From a virus: 64,000 bases of DNA. This document shows, piece after piece, positions 58,118-64,000 of the stretch. The DNA lies in the IMG/VR virus record IMGVR_UViG_3300000839_000006, one strand, 5' to 3'. Position 1 is the first letter of the stretch. Each line of letters begins with the position of its first letter. A model generated the notes under the pieces. The model made no database searches. It saw only the letters and a program-made list of their open reading frames with translations, and was not told where the DNA came from. Made by a program: the position numbers and the translations under genes.

Positions 58118-58437
58118 ACCTTCTTTCTATAGTGTTCACGCAATAGTGGCGCACACTCACCGAGCGGCCTGTTCTCTATACACTTCTTCTCGCATATAAT
58201 CACAAGCCGTATCTTATGCAGATGTGTTATCCGTTCCGCCAACGTGGTAGCCTTACGAGCTTTATCATAATCACACGCTGGCCCTTCCAACGAAGCATTA
58301 AAGGACTTGTCTTTAAGCTCCGGGTATACAGTATTAAACATAACGCTCTCAATAAGCTGCCTACGCAACTCTTGTGCTTCAAAGTTATTTCTTTCTATAC
58401 GGTCATGCACCTCTTTAATTTCCTGATAGTACATCAC
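58105..58437 (-). CDS. hypothetical early protein
   Basis: GGAGGAG RBS, GTGA coupling. Confidence 0.5.
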   Translation of the reverse strand: MMYYQEIKEVHDRIERNNFEAQELRRQLIESVMFNTVYPELKDKSFNASLEGPACDYDKARKATTLAERITHLHKIRLVIICEKKCIENRPLGECAPLLREHYRKKVCKC

Positions 58438-58637
58438 TCCTCCCAGTTTCTAGCAGCTAATGCCCGTTCTATCACATCGAAACCTGCTTGTATAGCGGCA
58501 TCCTGAATATCTTCTTCAATGGATTCCAACAAGTCCATAGCCTGTTCATCAGTAAGACGTATCTTGTGGGCTTCTGCTTCGCCTAATACATCACCGATGC
58601 ACCAACGTGTTGTAGCTAACCACTGTTGTTCACGCAT
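58434..58637 (-). CDS. small acidic early protein
   Basis: GAGGAGG RBS. W.I.DV motif. Confidence 0.5.
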   Translation of the reverse strand: MREQQWLATTRWCIGDVLGEAEAHKIRLTDEQAMDLLESIEEDIQDAAIQAGFDVIERALAARNWEE

Positions 58638-58821
58638 AAACAGGAACCTCCTCATAGTATACGCATTCCTGCGTGTTCTCATCAGTTATTGTAAAGATAC
58701 CCCAACCACACAGTGCAGTAGTTTTAATATGCCAGTGAGCAAACTCAATGGATTCGGACACTGTATCAAAATACATAACTGTATTGTTTGCCCCGTGCAT
58801 GTTTATCTGTACGCGAAACAT
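58630..58821 (-). CDS. small early protein
   Basis: TAATG coupling. Confidence 0.45.
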   Translation of the reverse strand: MFRVQINMHGANNTVMYFDTVSESIEFAHWHIKTTALCGWGIFTITDENTQECVYYEEVPVYA

Positions 58822-59156
58822 CAGCGGTACCAGTATGTAAAACCGTCAATATCAATGGACGAATAGTCATCCTTCAACGCATCAGCCGCACACTCCCAGT
58901 CAATACAACTATAAGGCCATGCAGTAATGTTATTTATAAAGCCCGTGTCTTCAACAAGTTGCATAGTATACTGTATAAAATAGTCATCTTCTATCAGTTC
59001 AGCGGGATACCATTCATCATTCCATTTAACATCATGCCCGCAGTCTGCCAGTTCCTCAAGAGCTTTCGCGTACAGTGGGCGATCATCCTCATCTTTATGC
59101 ATATCTTCAAAGTATTCTATCATACCTTGAACGTCAATAATATTCTCGCCTATCAT
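58821..59156 (-). CDS. highly acidic ArdA-like (antirestriction/DNA-mimic candidate) protein
   Basis: 28 D/E versus 6 K/R in 111 aa. C-terminal WPY.CIDWE.AA..L..DY...Y.YR pattern. Confidence 0.5.
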   Translation of the reverse strand: MIGENIIDVQGMIEYFEDMHKDEDDRPLYAKALEELADCGHDVKWNDEWYPAELIEDDYFIQYTMQLVEDTGFINNITAWPYSCIDWECAADALKDDYSSIDIDGFTYWYR

Positions 59157-59401
59157 ATTATAGCCTCCAATCTGTTTTGCGTATCCACGTCCAGATACAA
59201 GTCTTGTTTATTATCAATTATGTACAGCGTCATATTGTTGGCATAGCAAATTGCATACACCCTTCGCCATTTATTAGAGCCGTACCTCATCTGGTATTGG
59301 GTGGGGACTTTCCCGCCGTAGCCGTTCTTGTCGCGCCCGTGGTTCGCTGCCTTCTCGTCCCGTTTTACCGCCCAAACGAGGTTAGGTAAGGTGTATCTCA
59401 T
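59153..59401 (-). CDS. hypothetical early protein
   Basis: GYGGKVPT...WRRVYAICYAN motif. Confidence 0.55.
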   Translation of the reverse strand: MRYTLPNLVWAVKRDEKAANHGRDKNGYGGKVPTQYQMRYGSNKWRRVYAICYANNMTLYIIDNKQDLYLDVDTQNRLEAII

Positions 59402-59694
59402 TATTGTGCCTCTCGTGCCCTCCTAGGGGCAGGAATATGTGACTTGAGCCAAGCCCGTGCCGCCGTCAATCGAAAGAAAGTTCTTTTGGTTTTCGTATAG
59501 GGAACCGGGTTGAACCATATTTCAACGTGGTACAGTCCCGGCCTTTTAAACAGATACATATTAAGAAGTTCTGTCTTAATATTTTCAACCGTGCCTTTAT
59601 CCAATGCGTGAGCAGTCAGCCAACCTGTTTTGGTAAAGTCTTTCGGGTGTTCAGCATGAAGCCTTCGCCCTTCAATCCTACTGTCGTATATCAT
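59401..59694 (-). CDS. hypothetical early protein
   Basis: TAATG/ATGA coupling. Confidence 0.5.
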   Translation of the reverse strand: MIYDSRIEGRRLHAEHPKDFTKTGWLTAHALDKGTVENIKTELLNMYLFKRPGLYHVEIWFNPVPYTKTKRTFFRLTAARAWLKSHIPAPRRAREAQ

Positions 59695-60302
59695 ACCATA
59701 ACCCCTTCGATTGTAAATTCATATGCACCATCGCGCATATTGTCCGATATATATTCATCGCTATTAAGATATCCCCATTCTTCGTCAAGACGTTGCAAAG
59801 CGTAGCTTGTAAACAGTTCCATAAGTTCCTGCAAGGCTTCCTCTTGCACGTCCGTTGCCCTATTGTCGTATCCTGTTGTCGTTAAGCAGCGGCAATCATC
59901 TACTATCAGGCCGTAGTATCTACTACGAGTAAGCTTGCAGTGCAGTCCATAGAAGTTGGACTTCTGTATGGAATGCTCAAGCTTCAGAAACTCTTGCAGG
60001 AATATTGATGTACTGTCATCTCGCTTGTGATATGTACCGAACTCTTTCACAAGACGTTCTTTCTTTTCGGAGAGATAGTTATAGCTTCCCCTGAAAGAGA
60101 AGTGCCTACCACGGTTAAGGTCAAAAGATGCGGTCTTACCTTCAATGGTAATGCCAAGGTTGTTTCCAACAGTCTCAATATCCATTAAAGTATAATCATA
60201 CCAATCGCATTCTATTGTGTTACGCCACTTGTCCAGAGCATACTCTTGTGCCTTTGGTGACAGTTCATCAAACTTATACACCGTTGTTATTATTTCTCGC
60301 AT
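59691..60302 (-). CDS. conserved early/leading-region protein
   Basis: TVYKFDELSPKAQE.A ... YLNSDEYI...YEFT..G pattern; AGGAG RBS. Confidence 0.6.
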   Translation of the reverse strand: MREIITTVYKFDELSPKAQEYALDKWRNTIECDWYDYTLMDIETVGNNLGITIEGKTASFDLNRGRHFSFRGSYNYLSEKKERLVKEFGTYHKRDDSTSIFLQEFLKLEHSIQKSNFYGLHCKLTRSRYYGLIVDDCRCLTTTGYDNRATDVQEEALQELMELFTSYALQRLDEEWGYLNSDEYISDNMRDGAYEFTIEGVMV

Positions 60303-60380
60303 GGTAATTACTCCTACGGATTAGAGGTTAGTGTCAATCGCTTCATGGCTGCTACAAGTTCCACTTGTAGCAGGTAGCAG

Positions 60381-60641
60381 TTATCGACGTGAGAGCTTTA
60401 CCGCAAGTTTCGTGTTGCGTCTTTCACCGGGCAGTAACATTTCCAGTGCTGGTATCACCCATGTATCAAGGTAAGTTCTGCTAACAAGTTCAATCTTTGT
60501 GCCGTACATTTGACTTTCAATCTCTGTTTCAACAAGGATTTTTCTCGCCCTGTTTATACCCATTCCGCCGCACCCGCAATCCGGGGCTTTCAATCGGTCA
60601 ATGATGTTCTGTACTGTTTCCAGTTCTTCACGTGTCATCAT
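60381..60641 (-). CDS. hypothetical early protein
   Basis: In operon order. Confidence 0.5.
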   Translation of the reverse strand: MMTREELETVQNIIDRLKAPDCGCGGMGINRARKILVETEIESQMYGTKIELVSRTYLDTWVIPALEMLLPGERRNTKLAVKLSRR

Positions 60642-60651
60642 ACAGCACCCC

Positions 60652-61005
60652 TTATGTTATGGAATAGCACCCGGTCAAGGTATCAATCCAGATTATATCT
60701 GATGCCTGTATGATACTCCCATCAAATACCGCCTCAAAGTTCTTCTGCGTGAAGCCATACAAGTGCCTCCTCCACTGCTTCCGGCTCTGCATGATAGTCA
60801 ACAGGCCGTTCAATCGCTCCCTTGTAGTGGGCGTGTTCCAACCGCACAATGTGAGGGCAAGCGTATGCTGTTCAGTCCATGCAATCAGGTTGCCATGTAA
60901 GCGCAGTACTGGCTTGCCGTCTTCGATTGTTACTGTCGTATTATTGTTGCTGTACCGCTCACCATGGACGAATGCCAGTGCCGCTTCCCTTGTTACTCTT
61001 CGCAT
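60652..61005 (-). CDS. conserved early protein (GW.T.TT.ERLN motif)
   Basis: AGGAG RBS. Related to the C-terminal half of the upstream ORF. Confidence 0.6.
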   Translation of the reverse strand: MRRVTREAALAFVHGERYSNNNTTVTIEDGKPVLRLHGNLIAWTEQHTLALTLCGWNTPTTRERLNGLLTIMQSRKQWRRHLYGFTQKNFEAVFDGSIIQASDIIWIDTLTGCYSIT

Positions 61006-61568
61006 GAGATTACTCCTGTGATTAAACTGATAATGTTATACTTCCCCTGCACAACTGCACCTGTGACATTAAGAGCTTTAAGAATCCCGTCAAGCCTGTT
61101 GCGCATTGTCATACTAGCACCTACAGGGAGCCATACAGATATACGTGTTTCGAACAACTTCCGTTGCGCTATCAGGGAATTGTCAACAAACAGTGAGGTA
61201 ATATGTTTCTTGTTTTGTACCTCCGTCAAGCCCTCCCGCATGGGTGTCCCTGTGAAAAATGCCCGAACTACTCTGCGATTAATCGCGCTTCTGGCCTTGT
61301 CAGGAGTATACCTGTTGCATGGCGGGCACAGTTCCTTGTCGCTGTATTCGTGCCACAGTTCGGGGAAGGCGGTATAGTACGATACAGCATAATTCCACCC
61401 CTTGCGTGCGGCCTCATTCCAAGCGGCCTCATGGTTCCCATTGAGAATGTAAAAAAATTCTCGCAGTCCGTTGCTTGACACAAGAGCTGTTGTTTGCAAG
61501 CTGTTGTATCCATATGATGTAGGATTATATGAGATGTAAAACCCATCATGTTGTGTTATTTTATTCAT
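60993..61568 (-). CDS. two-domain early protein
   Basis: C-terminal half resembles 60652..61005. Confidence 0.55.
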   Translation of the reverse strand: MNKITQHDGFYISYNPTSYGYNSLQTTALVSSNGLREFFYILNGNHEAAWNEAARKGWNYAVSYYTAFPELWHEYSDKELCPPCNRYTPDKARSAINRRVVRAFFTGTPMREGLTEVQNKKHITSLFVDNSLIAQRKLFETRISVWLPVGASMTMRNRLDGILKALNVTGAVVQGKYNIISLITGVISCEE

Positions 61569-61581
61569 GGTGTACCCTCAC

Positions 61582-61776
61582 CTAGTTATATATTACGTTG
61601 TACTTATATACATGTGGACGTACTTCAACAGTCCATTCCTTTTGCATAATCATACCGCGCCTACGGCAATTAATTCGCTGTAAATTATATTCTTCGTATG
61701 TACAGCGCACGCCGTCAATGTAGTATCGGTATGTGTACAGCTCCCTGTCACAGTATCTGTACTTGATAAAGTTCAT
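61582..61776 (-). CDS. small early protein
   Basis: In operon order. Confidence 0.45.
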   Translation of the reverse strand: MNFIKYRYCDRELYTYRYYIDGVRCTYEEYNLQRINCRRRGMIMQKEWTVEVRPHVYKYNVIYN

Positions 61777-61778
61777 AA

Positions 61779-62078
61779 CTACTTACCCCACATATTATTA
61801 ACAGACTTCTTCCACGACTTCATGCACTTCGCGCATGGGAGTTGCGGCAAACGTTCGCCGTCAATGTCACCGGAGCCGTGGATTGAGGCACAAGTAGGGC
61901 ATACCCACAAGCTGGCCTGTTCCCGCGCAGTATACTGGCGCAATACTGTACCGATATGCATATGCCAGTTCCCTACCTGTTGCACAAATCCTCTCGCCCT
62001 GACGCAAAGCGCGAACGGGTGTGTATTGTAAGAGTTAAAAATTATCACAGTTTTACGTCCAGCTAATACAGTTTGCAT
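61779..62078 (-). CDS. early protein with CxxC pairs
   Basis: Starts from the repeated leader module. Confidence 0.5.
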   Translation of the reverse strand: MQTVLAGRKTVIIFNSYNTHPFALCVRARGFVQQVGNWHMHIGTVLRQYTAREQASLWVCPTCASIHGSGDIDGERLPQLPCAKCMKSWKKSVNNMWGK

Positions 62079-62107
62079 GGTATTACTCCCACGATTGGAT
62101 TGTTAGT
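62072..62107 (-). repeat. 36-bp leader repeat copy
   Basis: Identical to 62912-62947 (minus strand ACTAACAATCCAATCGTGGGAGTAATACCATGCAAA). Confidence 0.9.
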
Positions 62108-62159
62108 AGACACCGTATCGGTACAGGGATTCCTCCCGGTTCCCTGTACCTAACAGGGT

Positions 62160-62402
62160 TTACTTGTATGGCCTTGAGCTACATGTTACCAGTTTTGCTC
62201 CTCTCTCTATGGAGTACATAAATTGTGCGCGGAAATCAATTCCTGTGGACACATCACTCTGGACTATTATACAAGCGTCATCGTATCGCTGTATGTTGCA
62301 AAGCTGTGCTATTTTACTTCCAAGTTCCTCCTGTTCGCAGGTTATCCAACAAAGTTGTGGCTTGTCATATTCTGCCAAGTGGATTGCAAGTTGATATCGC
62401 AT
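62160..62402 (-). CDS. small early protein
   Basis: Starts from a degenerate leader copy (62399-62428). Confidence 0.5.
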   Translation of the reverse strand: MRYQLAIHLAEYDKPQLCWITCEQEELGSKIAQLCNIQRYDDACIIVQSDVSTGIDFRAQFMYSIERGAKLVTCSSRPYK

Positions 62403-62406
62403 GGTA

Positions 62407-62628
62407 TTACCCCCATGATTGAATTGTTTCCCTGATACAAGTCAGGTTGTAGCGTGCCCCGTCAGGTGTCCGCGTTCCTTCAAGTGCGCGATAAAGGATT
62501 CCTGTGGCCTTGCGCTTACCATGTTGCGCAATTAAATAGTCAATGTGTTGTGCGGCTCTGTAGTCATTCGAGAGCCAGAGATATACGTTCCAAGCGTTCC
62601 AGCTCCGGTGTCCGTTGTACGTTGCCAT
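62407..62628 (-). CDS. conserved small early protein
   Basis: YNG..SWNAWNVYLWLSND motif. Confidence 0.6.
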   Translation of the reverse strand: MATYNGHRSWNAWNVYLWLSNDYRAAQHIDYLIAQHGKRKATGILYRALEGTRTPDGARYNLTCIRETIQSWG

Positions 62629-62918
62629 TATATCAACACCTTTGATATAAGCAGGTGAGCGTCACAAGTACAGGTAGTGCCGGAAGGGTAATTCTCTCCG
62701 CAAAATTCGCACTCGCTCATCAGGGCGATAAAGACCACATCTTCCAAGGTGAGCTGGCTTATGTGATATATGACCGCCCCATACTGTGATACAAGTTTAA
62801 AATGTGTACTGTCTATGTAATGGATTGTTCGCTCTATACCGTCAACAAGTAGCTCTTGACCATCTGCGAAAGTGTGTGCTACAGGGCCGTAAGGGCGTTG
62901 CAAGATTGTTATTTGCAT
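62628..62918 (-). CDS. small early protein
   Basis: Starts from the repeated leader module. Confidence 0.5.
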   Translation of the reverse strand: MQITILQRPYGPVAHTFADGQELLVDGIERTIHYIDSTHFKLVSQYGAVIYHISQLTLEDVVFIALMSECEFCGENYPSGTTCTCDAHLLISKVLI

Positions 62919-62947
62919 GGTATTACTCCCACGATTGGATTGTTAGT
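62912..62947 (-). repeat. 36-bp leader repeat copy
   Basis: Identical to 62072-62107. Confidence 0.9.
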
Positions 62948-62999
62948 TGGGCTTAGGCTCAATGCCTGTCGCAAGTTCCCCTTGCGACAGGGTAAGAGG

Positions 63000-63299
63000 C
63001 TAGGCAAGTGTTATACTACGGACAAGGCACATGTATTCGATGATATCGTTACAAATTTCTCCGGAATCACCGCGCCTATCGGGGATACTGTCAATCACAT
63101 TCTTTATGTGGGCAAGCAAGGCCGGGAGCAAGAGTGCCGCTTGTGTAGCGTCAAGCTGTATGCAATCGGTTGCGTCATAAATAAGTGTGCGCATATCGCT
63201 GTAAATACGTTGCAGAGTTGTGTCCTTTGTTGCGGCAAGGACAGGGGACAGACTGGCAAACAAGGTCTCACGCTGTTCAGCAGTAACATAAATGTACAT
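63000..63299 (-). CDS. first gene of the early arm, hypothetical
   Basis: Start reassigned to ATG 63299 after AGGAG (63312-63308). The longer track ORF runs through the promoter region. Confidence 0.55.
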   Translation of the reverse strand: MYIYVTAEQRETLFASLSPVLAATKDTTLQRIYSDMRTLIYDATDCIQLDATQAALLLPALLAHIKNVIDSIPDRRGDSGEICNDIIEYMCLVRSITLA

Positions 63300-63348
63300 G
63301 GTGGGTACTCCTAAGGAGATTAAAGCGTTATTGTTCTTGCCTTGTATA

Positions 63349-63366
63349 TAGCAAAGGGCGTGCCAA
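63349..63366 (-). promoter_or_regulatory. sigma54 (-24/-12) promoter candidate
   Basis: Minus strand TTGGCACGCCCTTTGCTA: TGGCACG-N4-TTGCT, with GG and GC exactly 10 bp apart, about 50 bp upstream of ATG 63299. Confidence 0.6.
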
Positions 63367-63379
63367 AATGTAAGTATGC

Positions 63380-64000
63380 GAAATGATTGGAAGCGGGTAC
63401 TGGAAAGCGTATAAAATTTTGTACTGATGGAGAAGGGGAATCGGAAAAAGTGTAATGATTTAATAGGTTGCGCAGGGATTGGAAATATTTTGAGGGCTGA
63501 AAGGGGTTGCGGGAGTAGGCGGTTTAAAAAGTTGTACAATGTAATGGCGTGTGTACTTAAAAGTTGTATACATAGTACAATATATTGTACGGATATAGTA
63601 ACACAAGGCTTGTGGGTAACAATGTAGGGTACATAGGCGATACACTAGTTGATACATTAAAAAATGTGTAGGAAATTAAAGAGGTTAGTAGGGGTGTACA
63701 TTGTAAAAAGGGGTAAAAATAACTTTGCGGAATTTTTTTTGAAAAAAGGACAGAGAAACCATATCATTTCTACAAAAAAGGACAGGGGCAAAAAAGGTAA
63801 AATGGCTTTGACCTCCAAAACAAAAAAAAAAATGTACAAAAAAGTTATTTATTATTATTTTACTATATAAAAATATATATAAATAGTCCTTTTTCTTGTA
63901 CTTTTTCCTGTGTATTTTTCTGTGTGTCCCTTATGCACCCTGCATTGTTCTCCACAAACTTTGTTTTACTGTGGACTGCTTGTATATTCTTCAACAATTT
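63380..64000. other. AT-rich non-coding control/terminal region with poly(A)/(T) tracts and GTAC-containing palindromes
   Basis: No credible ORF. Perfect 16-bp palindrome GTACAATATATTGTAC at 63575-63590. Confidence 0.55.

Noticed and set aside
62072-62947. CRISPR array from the 36-bp repeats
   Set aside because: Only two exact copies, 840 bp apart, each overlapping an RBS and start codon, with genes between them. No cas genes; the 49989 nuclease is a replication-module PD-(D/E)xK enzyme.
63300-63870. ORFs in the right-end AT-rich region (N-terminal extension of 63000..63539; 63427..63627; 63460..63657; 63657..63839; 63664..63870)
   Set aside because: Low-complexity Phe/Lys-rich translations of A/T tracts overlapping the promoter region.
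1-64000. Integrase, tRNA genes, terminal direct repeats
   Set aside because: No tyrosine or serine recombinase motifs or cloverleaf sequences were recognised, and the two window ends do not match. Absence by eye is not proof, and part of the genome may lie outside the window.

Overview
The window holds most or all of a tailed dsDNA phage genome, probably podovirus-like (tail-tubular and ejection-protein module, no tape measure gene). It has two convergent arms that meet at hairpins near 38.72-38.83 kb. The + arm (0.4-38.7 kb) carries lysis genes (endolysin, holin, overlapping spanins) and a collagen-containing tail fibre. These are followed by an AT-rich block of five putative adhesin genes (one lectin-like, four 29-aa-repeat LRR paralogues), then terminase, portal, scaffold, capsid, head-tail proteins and ejection proteins, including a lambda-R-type muramidase and a 2571-aa polyvalent protein. 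The - arm (38.8-63.3 kb) carries primase-helicase, SNF2 helicase, MazG-like protein, exonucleases, ThyX, VRR-NUC, a family A polymerase with a mini-intein, a MucR/Ros homologue and about 25 small early ORFs. The MucR gene closely resembles Desulfovibrionaceae MucR proteins as I recall them, so a Desulfovibrio/Bilophila-type host is inferred. No integrase, RNA polymerase, reverse transcriptase, tRNA or CRISPR array was recognised. The most notable signals are: (1) the modular LRR cassette array with shared N- and C-terminal modules and near-identical gene junctions; (2) a consensus sigma54 promoter ahead of the first early gene; (3) a MucR with degenerate zinc ligands; (4) a repeated hairpin-plus-leader module in the early region; (5) an ART-like domain inside the ejection protein; (6) apparent near-total GATC avoidance. 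All family assignments come from motif recognition by eye, not database searches.
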